A stretch of 61,037 bases of DNA from an uncultured Halanaerobiales bacterium (GCA_964526845.1 CAZGMM010000003.1:1-61037); one strand, 5' to 3'; counted from the stretch's first letter, positions 39,508 to 51,005 are shown. The notes: a model not told the origin generated them from the letters alone. Program-made: numbers and translations.

Positions 39508-42114
39508 TTACTTCCTCTCCAATTTTTTCTTTAACTTTTTCGCATACTTTAACTGTTTGTCTCTACTTTTTAATTTGCCTTTTAAAACCTGTCTTTTGAT
39601 TAAACGCAGAGCCTTACTAATTATCGGTCCTTCCTGATAACCAAGTTCGATTAAATCATTTCCATCAATCGCGATATTTATATCTGAGATATTCTCTAAA
39701 TAGTAAAATATTTTTTCTTGTAACTGTTCATTATCATGTTCTGACAACAGTAAAACCAGTTCTTCATTGGTGAACTGCTTTAAGTTGTTATATAATTCAA
39801 CCCGGCCGGCACTGTCTGTTATTTTATCTATTTCATATTCTTCCGGTTTAAATAATATAATATTTTTGGCCTTTAAATTAAGTGACCAGCGCTCAATAAT
39901 AGAACGCGGGATATCTTTTAAAATCAAAGAAAAATAGACCGGCCACTTTTTTACATTATAATTATTATTTTCGAAATATGCAAGGTATCTATCAGCCCGC
40001 TGCCATTTCTCTTCGATCTTAACGGGGATTTTGTAATCATCGTAAAGCAGCCTTAAGAAGGGCACTTCCCTTAAAAGTTCAATAAATTTCAAGCCCGGGT
40101 TGGCTGCAAACAGAAATCTTAACTCCTTATAGATACGGGGAAAGGTTACATCGGAAAAACGGCTTAATCTAATCGCCTCCTGCATCAAGGCCTTGGTCTC
40201 TTCTTCAATATCTAAATCAAGCTGGAGCACAAGCCTGATCCCCCTTATGATCCGGGTTGGGTCATCTAAAAAGCTGAATCTGTGCAGGACTTTCAATATC
40301 CTATTTTCCACATCTTCGCGCGCTTTGAAGAAGTCATATAAATAACCGTACTCAGCCGGATGGAGGGCGATCGCTAAAGCATTAATTGTGAAGTCCCGAC
40401 GGAATAGGTCATCAAAAATATCTGCCTTCTGTACTTTCGGTAATGCACCGGGGTGGGTATATAGTTCATTGCGGGAAACCGCAAAGTCTAAATCATACTG
40501 GTTATCTATAACCATACTCCCGGTCTGAAAGTTTTCATTGTACTTATATTTAACATCGTACTTAACAGCAATTTCTCTGATTAAACCTTCAATATTCCCA
40601 TCTACTACAAAGTCAAAATCCTTATTTTCTTGATCCAATAAGAGGTCGCGCACCATGCCCCCCACTAAAAAGATGCGGGAGTCCTTATCCTGGGCTATCT
40701 TACCGATATTTTTAAAAAGTTTTCTGATCTCATCTGGTAGCTGGTCAAGTTTATCGGCAATTTTTAATTTCTCCGGTGTGATTGAAACCAGGGAACTTAC
40801 ATATCTATTTTGATTTTGATTTTCGGTTTCTTCTTCATAATACTGATTTAAGATATCCCTTCTGGTGATGATCCCGACTACATCTCCCTTCTCATCTTTA
40901 ACCGGGAGGCGGCCGATATCCTTTTTAACCATCTTCTCCTGGGCCTTATGAATCGTATCATCGGGCTGGATAAATAAGAGTTTCTTTGTCATGTATCCCT
41001 TGACCGGAACTCGGTAAAGTTCATCTTCATCATTTAAGCGGCGTAAGTCGCGGGTGGTAAATATACCCTTAACCTTATCTTCATCGTTAGTAACCAAGAC
41101 ACCGGTTATATTGTGTTTTTTCATTTTCTTTTTAACATCGATCAATTTAGTGCTTTCATGTACTTTGTTCGGTTCTTGCATCACTTCTTTTACCTTAACA
41201 GCTACTTTTATTTTATCTCTAATAGCGGTTTCTAACTTGTTGCGGGCAATTTCTAAATCGGTCTTTATTGACACTGAACCGGCCCCGGAATGTCCACCCC
41301 CACCTAGCTCAGAGAATATTTCTTCCAGATTCACATTTTCATCACTACTGCGGCCGATAATTATCACTTTGCCTTCCATCTCTACTAAGACAAAGACCAC
41401 GGAAAGCTGATAAAGCAGCTTTATTTTTTCCACTACATTATTTAGGCCGGTCACATAGCGGGGATACTTTAGGGTAAATAAGGTGATATTTTTATCCTTT
41501 ATTTTAATATCTTTTCTATGTTTAATTAATAGTTCAAAAACCCTTTTTTGGTTTTTATCAAGTGTTTCTAAAAGGTACTCATTAATCGCCTTCTTATTAG
41601 CACCCATATCTAATAGATAGGCAAAGGCAATTAGATCTTCTGATTCTGTATTTAAATGCATGAAGTTACCTGTATCGGCCGAAATGCCGAGGGCAAATAG
41701 GGTAGCCTCAGATCTATTTAACTTAATATTTTCCCTTTTTAGTCGGTTTACAATTATCGAGGTAGCAGAACCGACATTTTCTGATAAATCTATATCTATC
41801 CAGTCCAGTTTCTGATGGGGGTGATGGTCATAGACGATCACCTCTACCTGGTCCCAGCTAATGAGCTCGGTCAGCTTACCCAATCTATCGTATTCATGGG
41901 TATCGATCACAATCACGCGGTCAATACCTTCATAATCTATATCATCATAACGGAAAATCTCAAACTCGTCTTTATACAGGGCCAGAAAGCGCTGGGCTAA
42001 AGTGGTCATATTTTCAGAGACAACCACTTTTGCCTCGGTATAAAGTTTAGAGGCAGCAATCATACCTGCTAGACCGTCTATATCTGTATTTTCATGTGAG
42101 ATGATTAAATCCAT
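39508..42114 (-). CDS. DHH-DHHA1-CBS tRNA nucleotidyltransferase (probable A-adding enzyme)
   Basis: HENTDIDG/YDHH DHH domain, GGGGH DHHA1, two CBS domains, GGMVRD, DFDF, RRDFTINA, DDPTR. Confidence 0.88.
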   Translation of the reverse strand: MDLIISHENTDIDGLAGMIAASKLYTEAKVVVSENMTTLAQRFLALYKDEFEIFRYDDIDYEGIDRVIVIDTHEYDRLGKLTELISWDQVEVIVYDHHPHQKLDWIDIDLSENVGSATSIIVNRLKRENIKLNRSEATLFALGISADTGNFMHLNTESEDLIAFAYLLDMGANKKAINEYLLETLDKNQKRVFELLIKHRKDIKIKDKNITLFTLKYPRYVTGLNNVVEKIKLLYQLSVVFVLVEMEGKVIIIGRSSDENVNLEEIFSELGGGGHSGAGSVSIKTDLEIARNKLETAIRDKIKVAVKVKEVMQEPNKVHESTKLIDVKKKMKKHNITGVLVTNDEDKVKGIFTTRDLRRLNDEDELYRVPVKGYMTKKLLFIQPDDTIHKAQEKMVKKDIGRLPVKDEKGDVVGIITRRDILNQYYEEETENQNQNRYVSSLVSITPEKLKIADKLDQLPDEIRKLFKNIGKIAQDKDSRIFLVGGMVRDLLLDQENKDFDFVVDGNIEGLIREIAVKYDVKYKYNENFQTGSMVIDNQYDLDFAVSRNELYTHPGALPKVQKADIFDDLFRRDFTINALAIALHPAEYGYLYDFFKAREDVENRILKVLHRFSFLDDPTRIIRGIRLVLQLDLDIEEETKALMQEAIRLSRFSDVTFPRIYKELRFLFAANPGLKFIELLREVPFLRLLYDDYKIPVKIEEKWQRADRYLAYFENNNYNVKKWPVYFSLILKDIPRSIIERWSLNLKAKNIILFKPEEYEIDKITDSAGRVELYNNLKQFTNEELVLLLSEHDNEQLQEKIFYYLENISDINIAIDGNDLIELGYQEGPIISKALRLIKRQVLKGKLKSRDKQLKYAKKLKKKLERK

Positions 42115-42137
42115 ATAATCAACCCCAAACCTACTTA

Positions 42138-43457
42138 TTAATATTCATTCACCAGTTCCATGCATTCATTATCACAGGCCCGGCGTCCAACTTTCGCCAT
42201 ATCGATCCATTCACCATCTTTTTTAACCCGGACCACATCGGCTGTGAAGTCATTTTTAGTACCTTCAACTGAACTGTTCGATAAAAGCCAGCTGCCTACC
42301 CCGTAGATATCTACCGGTACCTGGGATTCTTCAAATTCTTTTATTTTTTTAGGTTTAAAGCCACCGGTGGCAATAATTTTTACCTCTTGACAGAACTGCT
42401 TGGCCTCTTCCACCCTGTTTTCTTTTAAGACCCAGTCTTTATAGGCGCGGTCGATCTCTTTTCTCAACTTAAAGACCAATCTGGCATTAACCCCATTATC
42501 CAGCTTTTTATCTCCTAATGGTTCAATACTTTTATCTCGTAGACTGGAAGAGTTGTCAGGTCTAACCCCAAACAACTTATATTTAGAGGCCTCTTCTTCT
42601 TTACCGGCTTCTTTCAGTTCAATATATTTATCAAACATGGCCTTAAGGACCTTTAAAGTTGTATTTACACAGTCGTTATCAAAATCAACCAAAGCAATCC
42701 GGTTGACATCCTTGGGCATCAGTCTTGAAAACTGAAGCATCGCTTCCGTTGTATCACCTAAAAAGGTGGCGATATAGGAATGGCTGATCGTTCCACCACC
42801 TTTACCGCCCCACCAGGCACCCTGTTCATCGGTCGATACATAGCGGGTCATGTTCTGCCCATAGTCTTCATTATAGGCATTGACACCTAACGAATAGGCG
42901 TAACCATGTAAGGCCTGTAGTTTATAATGGGCAAAACGGGCCGGGAAAAACAATATGTCTTTGCCGCGGGCGGCTTCCATTACCTGATAGACATTGGTAG
43001 CAATCCGGGAGGCCTCGGTTAAAGATCCAATTATGGGAGTCTCCAGGTGGGCAAAGTCTCGATACCTGCCCCTGATTTTCATTACGGGATCTACCCGGGC
43101 CGGGTTACCCTTATAATAGCCTTTTTCACCATCATGACAGGCCAGTACTTCTAACTCATTAAAAGTTTGCACAAACTCTCCATCTTCTTTTTCATACCCG
43201 GTGGATTTTTTTAAAATAGAAAGGGCTTCGTCAATACCACCTAAAATACAGAAGGGCTTCCGCCTCGGAAAAATCTGCATTTCAACTTCTAAATTTCCAA
43301 TATCTTCATCTTTAAATCTATATCCTTCTTCTGAAAGCTTAGTTAATATCCTGCTTACATTTCTAAAGTATACATCGGAATACCAACCCTGTCTCATCCT
43401 TTCTTGGTCTATTTGAAAGATATCTACCGGGAGTCTTTCCCCATCAAATTTACTCAT
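42138..43457 (-). CDS. Nicotinate phosphoribosyltransferase-like protein
   Basis: YSDVYF, GTISH, LVDFDNDC, VRPD, TGGF, VDIYGVGS, DFTADVV; the canonical EFGxRR is replaced by FFPARF. Confidence 0.75.
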   Translation of the reverse strand: MSKFDGERLPVDIFQIDQERMRQGWYSDVYFRNVSRILTKLSEEGYRFKDEDIGNLEVEMQIFPRRKPFCILGGIDEALSILKKSTGYEKEDGEFVQTFNELEVLACHDGEKGYYKGNPARVDPVMKIRGRYRDFAHLETPIIGSLTEASRIATNVYQVMEAARGKDILFFPARFAHYKLQALHGYAYSLGVNAYNEDYGQNMTRYVSTDEQGAWWGGKGGGTISHSYIATFLGDTTEAMLQFSRLMPKDVNRIALVDFDNDCVNTTLKVLKAMFDKYIELKEAGKEEEASKYKLFGVRPDNSSSLRDKSIEPLGDKKLDNGVNARLVFKLRKEIDRAYKDWVLKENRVEEAKQFCQEVKIIATGGFKPKKIKEFEESQVPVDIYGVGSWLLSNSSVEGTKNDFTADVVRVKKDGEWIDMAKVGRRACDNECMELVNEY

Positions 43458-43487
43458 TATTTTCACTCCTTGTTCATTATAGACAGA

Positions 43488-44795
43488 TTAATCAACTATT
43501 TCAAAGATTAAGTCTCTTGGCTTAGGTGCTTCTTCTTTTATCACAAATGAATTTTTTAATTTCTCTTTTGCTTCAATTAAGTTATCATCATCTTTATTAT
43601 AATGCAGGCTTGCAATTATTTCACCCTTATTTACATATTCTCCATATTTTTTATGCAAGATAACGCCTACTTCATTTAAAATTTCGTCTCCCTTTTTCTC
43701 GCGGCCGGCTCCAACTAACATGGCAGCCAGACCGATATCAAAGGCTTTAAGCTGGTTTAAATAGCCCGTACTTTTGGCTTTTACTTCAAATACATGTTCT
43801 GCTTTTTTAAACTTATCAGGGTTCTCAATATAACTGACATCCCCACCCTGATTTTTCACTAACTTTTTAAACTGATCAAAGGCTTCACCATCGGCTAATT
43901 TCTCTTCTAAAATTTCATACCCCTTTTCAAAACTATCTACTTTACCGGCCAGTTTTAGCATATTTGCACCAAGTGTTAAACAAAGTTCGCTTAAGTCACT
44001 CGGGCCCTCACCTTTTAAAGTATTTATAGCCTCTATAACCTCAAGATTATTGCCAACCGCATAACCTAAGGGTTGTTCCATATCGGTAAGGACGGCAATA
44101 GTATTACGCCCTAGATGTTGACCTATATTTACCATGATCTCTGCTAAATCTTTAGCATTGGCTAGGGTTTTCATGAAGGCACCCGAGCCAACTTTGACAT
44201 CGAGAACTATTCCATCTGCCCCACCGGCAATCTTTTTGCTCATGATACTGCTGGCAATCATCGGGATAGATTCTATGGTAGCTGTGACATCCCGTAAGGC
44301 ATAAAGCTGTTTATCAGCCGGGGTTAAATTACCGGTCTGACCGGCGATGGCGGCTTTAATATTATTGACGTTGTTAATAAATTTATCCATACTTAAATCG
44401 GTCTTAAAACCGGGAATCGACTCTAATTTATCGATGGTACCACCGGTATGTCCTAACCCCCGTCCCGACATCTTGGCGACCGGGATACCGGCGGCTGAAA
44501 CTAAGGGTACTAATACCAGGGAGGTGGTGTCACCTACCCCACCGGTACTGTGTTTATCTACTTTGGTTCCCTCTATCTTTGCTAAATCTATTTGATCACC
44601 CGATTCAACCATAGCCATCGTTAGATCAGCTGTTTCACGGTCGGTCATTCCGTTGAAATAGACCGCCATTGCAAAAGCTGACATCTGATAATCGGGAATA
44701 TTACCATTTGTAAAACCCTTAATTAAATAGTCTATTTCTTGTTTTGTTAGTTCATGGCCTTCTCTTTTCTTTAAAATCAAGTCATATACTCTCAT
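43488..44795 (-). CDS. pdp: Pyrimidine-nucleoside phosphorylase
   Basis: DKHSTGGVGD, KMSGRGLGHTGGTIDKLESIPG, RDVTAT, SKKIA. Confidence 0.97.
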   Translation of the reverse strand: MRVYDLILKKREGHELTKQEIDYLIKGFTNGNIPDYQMSAFAMAVYFNGMTDRETADLTMAMVESGDQIDLAKIEGTKVDKHSTGGVGDTTSLVLVPLVSAAGIPVAKMSGRGLGHTGGTIDKLESIPGFKTDLSMDKFINNVNNIKAAIAGQTGNLTPADKQLYALRDVTATIESIPMIASSIMSKKIAGGADGIVLDVKVGSGAFMKTLANAKDLAEIMVNIGQHLGRNTIAVLTDMEQPLGYAVGNNLEVIEAINTLKGEGPSDLSELCLTLGANMLKLAGKVDSFEKGYEILEEKLADGEAFDQFKKLVKNQGGDVSYIENPDKFKKAEHVFEVKAKSTGYLNQLKAFDIGLAAMLVGAGREKKGDEILNEVGVILHKKYGEYVNKGEIIASLHYNKDDDNLIEAKEKLKNSFVIKEEAPKPRDLIFEIVD

Positions 44796-44812
44796 GTTAA
44801 AAACCTCCCGCT

Positions 44813-45625
44813 TTACATTTTTCTTAAAATACCTTTAATCAAAGTTGAAAACTTAGGTTTAACCTTATCCGCAATCTCAATAACTTCTTTATGGTCAAGC
44901 GGTTTCGGTAATACACCAGCTGCCATATTTGTTATACAAGAAATACCTAAGATATTCATTCCCATATGGTTTGCAGTTATGGTCTCCGGTACAGTTGACA
45001 TCCCAACTGCATCGGCACCCGTTTCTCTTAAATAGCGAATTTCAGCCGGTGTTTCATAACTGGGACCTTCCAGTCCCACATAAATACCTTTAACCGTTTT
45101 TATCTTGTTTTCAACTGCCACTTTTTCAGCTAACTCTCTTAACTCTTCATTATATATTTCGGACATATCAGGAAAACGCGGCCCAAATTCTTTAAAGTTC
45201 TCTCCCTTAAGGGGATTATCCCCCATTAAGTTGATGTGGTCCTGAATGATCATAAAGTTACCGGGGTCAAAGTTTCTATTGATACCACCGGCCGCATTGG
45301 TTACGACGAGATTGTTAATACCTAATTTATACATAACTCTTATGGGTAAAGCAATCTCCTGCATGCTGTAACCCTCATAGTAATGGAAACGACCCTGCAT
45401 TGCCATTACTTTCTTATCCTCTAAAGTTCCAATTACAAACTGGCCGGCATGGCCTTCTACGGTCGAAACCGGAAAGTTCGGAATATCCTCGTATTTAATA
45501 ACTGTACTGTCTTCAATTTCTTCTGCTAATACACCTAAGCCCGAACCTAAAATCAAAGCAATATCAGGCTCTATATTAATTTCACCTTCGATATAGTTAG
45601 CAGCTTCTTCGATCTTATCAATCAT
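44813..45625 (-). CDS. punA: Purine-nucleoside phosphorylase I (trimeric)
   Basis: [34 protein letters not shown]. Confidence 0.96.
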   Translation of the reverse strand: MIDKIEEAANYIEGEINIEPDIALILGSGLGVLAEEIEDSTVIKYEDIPNFPVSTVEGHAGQFVIGTLEDKKVMAMQGRFHYYEGYSMQEIALPIRVMYKLGINNLVVTNAAGGINRNFDPGNFMIIQDHINLMGDNPLKGENFKEFGPRFPDMSEIYNEELRELAEKVAVENKIKTVKGIYVGLEGPSYETPAEIRYLRETGADAVGMSTVPETITANHMGMNILGISCITNMAAGVLPKPLDHKEVIEIADKVKPKFSTLIKGILRKM

Positions 45626-46823
45626 TATTATCCCCCTTTATGATATTACTTAAAAAACTTTGGCCGTTCTTAAAATCATCTAAATTAAATACTTCAGCCA
45701 CAGTAGCTGCAATATCAGCAAAAGATTCTCTGACAGGTAACTGATAATCCTCTTTTATTTTATCTCCATAGACCAATAAAGGAACATATTCTCTGGTATG
45801 GTCAGTCCCTTTAAAGGTTGGGTCACAGCCGTGGTCGGCTGTTATCATCAATAGATCATCTTCTTTCATATTATCTATGATCTCAGGTAATCTGATATCA
45901 AAATCTTTTAAGGCCTTAGCATAACCTTTCGGATTACGCCTATGTCCATAAACCATATCGAACTCAACCAGGTTTGCAAAGATAAAGGACTCCTTATCTT
46001 CTTTTAAATAGTCAATTACTGCATCAACCGAGTCCATATTATCTACAGTATGGTTCGAATCTGTAATCCCTTTATTTGAAAAAATATCTTCTATCTTGCC
46101 CACCGCCATCACAGAAATTCCACTGGCTTTTAACTTATCAAGCACAGTTGCACGCGGTGGAGCCAAAGAAAAGTCTTTTCTACGGTCTGTTCTGGTAAAG
46201 CTGCCCAGTTCTCCCACAAAGGGGCGGGCAATTACCCTCGCTACTCCGTGTTCACCCTGTAGGATCTCACGGGCTATTTCACACATTTCATAAAGTTCTT
46301 CAACTGAAATTATATCTTCATGAGCAGCAATCTGGAAAACACTATCAGCCGAGGTATAGACAATCGGTTTACCGGTTTTTAAATGTTCTTCTCCTAATTC
46401 CTCTATTATTACAGTACCCGAAGCCGGTTTATTCCCTAAAACCTCTCTGCCTATTTTTTCTTCAAAAGTTTTTATTACCTCTTCCGGGAAACCGTTCGGA
46501 TAAACCGGGAAAGGCCGTTCAGAAACCAGACCGGCTAATTCCCAATGGCCGGTAGTTGTGTCTTTACCGACTGATTTTTCTTTCATCTTGGTATAACTAC
46601 CTTTTACCTTTATCTTGCTTTTGATCCCTTTTACAACTGCGATCTTACCTAAACCCAATCTTTCCATATTAGGTAGGTTTAATCCACCGACCGCTTCTGC
46701 GGTATGGACCAGGGTATTGGCCCCTTTATCACCATATTCTTCAGCATCCGGCAGGGCACCAATCCCGACACTATCTAAAATAATTAATATGACTCTGTTT
46801 ATATCATCAAATGATTTTGTCAT
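45618..46823 (-). CDS. deoB: Phosphopentomutase
   Basis: [35 protein letters not shown]. Confidence 0.97.
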   Translation of the reverse strand: MTKSFDDINRVILIILDSVGIGALPDAEEYGDKGANTLVHTAEAVGGLNLPNMERLGLGKIAVVKGIKSKIKVKGSYTKMKEKSVGKDTTTGHWELAGLVSERPFPVYPNGFPEEVIKTFEEKIGREVLGNKPASGTVIIEELGEEHLKTGKPIVYTSADSVFQIAAHEDIISVEELYEMCEIAREILQGEHGVARVIARPFVGELGSFTRTDRRKDFSLAPPRATVLDKLKASGISVMAVGKIEDIFSNKGITDSNHTVDNMDSVDAVIDYLKEDKESFIFANLVEFDMVYGHRRNPKGYAKALKDFDIRLPEIIDNMKEDDLLMITADHGCDPTFKGTDHTREYVPLLVYGDKIKEDYQLPVRESFADIAATVAEVFNLDDFKNGQSFLSNIIKGDNND

Positions 46824-46953
46824 AATATCAACTCCATTGATTTGTTAATATTTTACTACACTACCTTTACTTTACCTTATAATTTTATAATAGATTGGGT
46901 TAAATAGCAACATATTAAGAATACGTTTGTTTGCCCCTTATTTAAAATTAAAT

Positions 46954-46989
46954 AAAAAAACTCCATTCCCTTTTTTAAGGTGAATGGAG
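46954..46989 (-). terminator. Intrinsic terminator after the GH2 gene
   Basis: CTCCATTC...GAATGGAG then TTTTTTT. Confidence 0.82.
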
Positions 46990-47001
46990 GAGGAAATTTT
47001 A

Positions 47002-49245
47002 TTATTTTTTAATCGGTACAATTTTTTCTTTCAACTCTTCACTTTTAATCTCAATTACTTCACTTTCATAATTTGGGGACTTAGCCTTTATTTTAATAAG
47101 GCCAGGTTCACGGGGGCTCTGCAGATAAACAGCCCCCCGCCCCGCTTCTAAACTAAACGGTGTTTCCCCTATAATCACACCCGGGCCTTCCATCTTAAAA
47201 AAGACGGGGTTATGGGCCCAGATCAAGGTCTGCCCATTTTTATCAACAAGGCGGATCTCTAATCTCGTTAGATCAGCTCCATCCGCCTTTAAAACCTCAT
47301 GATCGGCTTTTAGCTTGATCTTTTCGGGTTCTGTAAAGGGATAGATGGTATGGTCACAAACCTCTTTGTTCTCAATATATCCAACTGCTTTAAGGCTTTC
47401 GATCGTACTGGCCCCCCATTCCCACCAGCGGCAGTCTTCAAACACAAAGGGTGGGTGAGGTAAGCCCGGATACTTATCGGCAGATGGTCGAGCTGTTTTT
47501 TCTAACTTATCATTAACAAATAGCTTCACTTGCTCACAGTTACTAAATACAATGATTTTATCCCCATAGTCCTCATTAAAACTGGGGGTTAAATATCTTG
47601 CTATATGAATTACTGGTTTTTGTTCGGGATCCCGCTGGCTTTGATAAACATAGGCCGCCATTTTTTTAGTCCTAAACATATCACAGACCCCGTGGTAACA
47701 AACCCGGTCCCCCGAACCAAAATCAGCATGGGTATTATAGTCAAAGGCACACCAACCGCTGGCCCCAGCAATATCCTCATTTTGATACTGCTTATCCTGA
47801 ATCTGCATATGTTTTACGGCATGTTTGATCTGTCGTTCTACACTATCATAGGCTTTTGTGGGATACATGTGTCCCATATACTCACATATCATATATGGTT
47901 TATAGTTAGGTTCTTTTATTTCACCTTCTAAATTACCTGCAAAGTCATTATAGGTAAAGACATCTTCTAAAAATTCGCTGTCCCTGAAATTACGGACTCC
48001 TCCGGTCGGACGGGTGGGATCAAGCTGGTGGGCCATCTGGTTGGTCTTTGTATAGAATTGATGGTCATCACCGGACTCATTGATCCTAACCCCCCAGATA
48101 AAGATAGAAGGGTGGTTCCTATCTCTGATAATCATCTCTTCTAAGTTTTGATAGGCAATTTCCTGCCAGTCTTCATCTCCGATATGCTGCCAACCCGGTA
48201 GTTCTTCAAATACTAAGAGCCCGATTTCATCACAGCGGTCTAAAAAGGCGGGGTCGGCCGGATAATGGGAAGAACGGACAAAGTTTAAACCAAGTTCCTC
48301 TTTTAGAAAGTCCGCATCTTTAATCTGTCCCTTATCAGGCATCGCATTACCGACATAGGGATAAAGTTGATGTCTATTTAAGCCTCTTAATTTTAATCTT
48401 TGATCGTTTATATAAAAGAGTCCATCGGCTTTGAACTCTACTTTTCTTAAACCTATTCGCTCTGTTGTTTCATCTATTATATTATCCTGACTGTCCTTTA
48501 TTTGAGTTCTAACTGTATATAGTTTAGGATTATTAGGATACCAAAGTTGGGGGTTATTTATTGGAAAATCATCTAGTGTTAGTTCGTTTTCATTTTCTTT
48601 TAAGTTAACTGTATGTTCTTTTTCTTTTATAACTTGATCATCATCTTCCAACTGTACTTTAATATCATATTTACCTTTATTTTGAGAATTAATAATATTG
48701 ATCTCTGGTTTCAAAACTGATCTTTTAGGGTTACATTCTTTAATTTTGTAATATGTCCAGTCTAGATAACTTTGCCCGGTCACAATCATCTGGACTCTCC
48801 GGTATATCCCCCCAAACAATAGGTAGTCCACCTTATTTCCTTCCGGTGGTATATTATCTTTACAGCGGGAATCAACTCTCAGGGCGATTAAGTTATTCTC
48901 ATTAATATTAACATAATCAGTAATATCTAATTTAAAGGAGGTATAACCACCTTTATGGATACCAACTAAAGTTCCATTGACAAATACTTCCGCCTTTTTC
49001 ATTACCCCATCGAACTTAACTAAGATCTTTTTATTTTCATAACTTTCATCCAGATAAAAAGGCCTTCGGTACCAGGAAATAAATTCATATTCTTTATGGT
49101 TAAAATAGTGGTGAGGAACCAATTTATTGGAATGAGGAATACTGATATCTTCTATTTTGGAATTACTGTAACTAATATCTTTCATCTTTTTATTATCTTC
49201 AGGTAAGTACTGCCAGTCTGTATTAAAATTTAAGATCTGCCTCAT
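47002..49245 (-). CDS. GH2 beta-galactosidase
   Basis: FDGV, DYLLFGGIYR, GLNRHQ, RSSHYP, WGVRINES (acid/base), ICEYMGH (nucleophile). Confidence 0.88.
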   Translation of the reverse strand: MRQILNFNTDWQYLPEDNKKMKDISYSNSKIEDISIPHSNKLVPHHYFNHKEYEFISWYRRPFYLDESYENKKILVKFDGVMKKAEVFVNGTLVGIHKGGYTSFKLDITDYVNINENNLIALRVDSRCKDNIPPEGNKVDYLLFGGIYRRVQMIVTGQSYLDWTYYKIKECNPKRSVLKPEINIINSQNKGKYDIKVQLEDDDQVIKEKEHTVNLKENENELTLDDFPINNPQLWYPNNPKLYTVRTQIKDSQDNIIDETTERIGLRKVEFKADGLFYINDQRLKLRGLNRHQLYPYVGNAMPDKGQIKDADFLKEELGLNFVRSSHYPADPAFLDRCDEIGLLVFEELPGWQHIGDEDWQEIAYQNLEEMIIRDRNHPSIFIWGVRINESGDDHQFYTKTNQMAHQLDPTRPTGGVRNFRDSEFLEDVFTYNDFAGNLEGEIKEPNYKPYMICEYMGHMYPTKAYDSVERQIKHAVKHMQIQDKQYQNEDIAGASGWCAFDYNTHADFGSGDRVCYHGVCDMFRTKKMAAYVYQSQRDPEQKPVIHIARYLTPSFNEDYGDKIIVFSNCEQVKLFVNDKLEKTARPSADKYPGLPHPPFVFEDCRWWEWGASTIESLKAVGYIENKEVCDHTIYPFTEPEKIKLKADHEVLKADGADLTRLEIRLVDKNGQTLIWAHNPVFFKMEGPGVIIGETPFSLEAGRGAVYLQSPREPGLIKIKAKSPNYESEVIEIKSEELKEKIVPIKK

Positions 49246-49267
49246 ATTAAAAACCTCCATTTGTTCG

Positions 49268-50104
49268 CTATTTACCTGTACCCATTGTTAAACCTCTAAT
49301 AAAGTACTTCTGTAAGAAGATAAAGACGATAATAGTTGGTATTGTAGCTAATAAGGAACCGGCCACTAAAACTCCCCAGGATGTTATAAAGTTACCTTTT
49401 AAAGAAGCCAAACCGGCCGTAACGGGTTTAAATTTATTGTCCCTAATTAATACTAATGCCCAGATATAGTCATTAAAGATCCAGGTGAATTCTAAAGTTC
49501 CCAAAGCGGCCAGGGCCGGTTTAGAAAGTGGTAGATAGATTCGGTAAAATATTTTAAACTCCGAACAACCGTCCATGCGGGCTGCTTCCGATAGTTCTTC
49601 CGGGATCGTCATCATAAAGTTCCTTAAAAAGAAAGTACAAAAACCTATTTGAAATACCATATGAATCATTATTAATCCCCAGTAAGTATTATAGATACCT
49701 AAAAAATTACTTAACTTAAAAACCGGGATTAAAAGGATTTGAAAAGGAATTAACATACCGCCCACAAACATTAAATAAAGGGGCATGTTCAATTTAAAAT
49801 CGTACTGGGCCAATGCATAGGCTGCCAAAGAAGATAAAAATAGAGTTCCTATCAGAGAAGGTATGGTGATTATGAAACTGTTTAAAAGATATGTATTTAA
49901 ATTACCTTCACTCCAGGCCACTTTAAAATTATTTAAGGATAACTTTTCGGGCATTGTCCAAAATCCCTTGTCCATGATTTCATCCATGGACCTAAAAGCG
50001 GTTAAAAATGCGCCAAAGACCGGTAACAGCCAGGCGATAACAAAAAGGAGGAGTGCTATAAAGATAAATGCATTAAGATATTTTCTTTTCTTTAAGTAGT
50101 TCAT
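49268..50104 (-). CDS. Carbohydrate ABC permease
   Basis: EAA loop IPEELSEAARMDG; WIFNDY. Confidence 0.95.
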   Translation of the reverse strand: MNYLKKRKYLNAFIFIALLLFVIAWLLPVFGAFLTAFRSMDEIMDKGFWTMPEKLSLNNFKVAWSEGNLNTYLLNSFIITIPSLIGTLFLSSLAAYALAQYDFKLNMPLYLMFVGGMLIPFQILLIPVFKLSNFLGIYNTYWGLIMIHMVFQIGFCTFFLRNFMMTIPEELSEAARMDGCSEFKIFYRIYLPLSKPALAALGTLEFTWIFNDYIWALVLIRDNKFKPVTAGLASLKGNFITSWGVLVAGSLLATIPTIIVFIFLQKYFIRGLTMGTGK

Positions 50105-50970
50105 ACATTTAGCTCCTCCTCTCTGATTCTTCTTAAGTAGAAGAAAATAAAGACAAACATGATGATAAATAAGATAACCGCTATGGCTGCCCCGTAGCCC
50201 ATCTCATAATTACGGAAGGCTTCCGTATACATATAGTTGGCTAAAACATTGGTCGAATTAAAGGGACCTCCACGGGTCATGATATTTACAAAGTCAAATG
50301 CTCTTAAGGATTGAATCATGGTAATTACCAACACGATAACAGTAGCCGGCTTTAAGAGAGGTAGGATGATATATCTAAATCTCTGCCAGGCAGTTGCCCC
50401 ATCGATACGGGCGGCTTCAATTAAAGTAGGTGGAATTGAAGTTAAACCCGCTAAAAATAAAAGCATCACATAGCCCGTATGCCGCCAAACGGCCGCTCCG
50501 ATTACCGCATAAAGGGCTGTCTCTGGGTTACTTAACCAGCCTCTTGTTAGAAAATCAAGGCCGACATAGGTTAAAGTATTGTTCAATAATCCGGCCTTAG
50601 GATGGTAAATCCAGGACCAGATTAAACCGATAACAACCGGGGCCAGGATCATGGGAGAATAGATTGCTGCTTTAAAGCCCTTCGCCCATCTGATTTTCTT
50701 GCTAAGTAAAATTGCTAAAAATAGGCCTAAAACTACCGGTATTAATAAAAAGATAAAAAGCCAAATAAAATTATTAACCAAAGAAGTATAAAATACAGAA
50801 TCATTAAATAAATCCAAATAATTAGTTATGCCAATAAAGTTGGGGTCAGTTAGACCGTCCCATTCTGTCAGACTAAGATAAAATGTATAGATAGTGGGAC
50901 CAATCACCCAGATCGTATAAAAAATAAGTGGAATGGCTAAAAACCGCCACTGTACTTTTCTTTTTTTCAT
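50101..50970 (-). CDS. Carbohydrate ABC permease
   Basis: LIEAARIDGA, FRYIILPLL, MTRGGP. Confidence 0.95.
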   Translation of the reverse strand: MKKRKVQWRFLAIPLIFYTIWVIGPTIYTFYLSLTEWDGLTDPNFIGITNYLDLFNDSVFYTSLVNNFIWLFIFLLIPVVLGLFLAILLSKKIRWAKGFKAAIYSPMILAPVVIGLIWSWIYHPKAGLLNNTLTYVGLDFLTRGWLSNPETALYAVIGAAVWRHTGYVMLLFLAGLTSIPPTLIEAARIDGATAWQRFRYIILPLLKPATVIVLVITMIQSLRAFDFVNIMTRGGPFNSTNVLANYMYTEAFRNYEMGYGAAIAVILFIIMFVFIFFYLRRIREEELNV

Positions 50971-51005
50971 TTTGACTGCAACCTCCACTGTAACAATTTA
51001 ATGAG

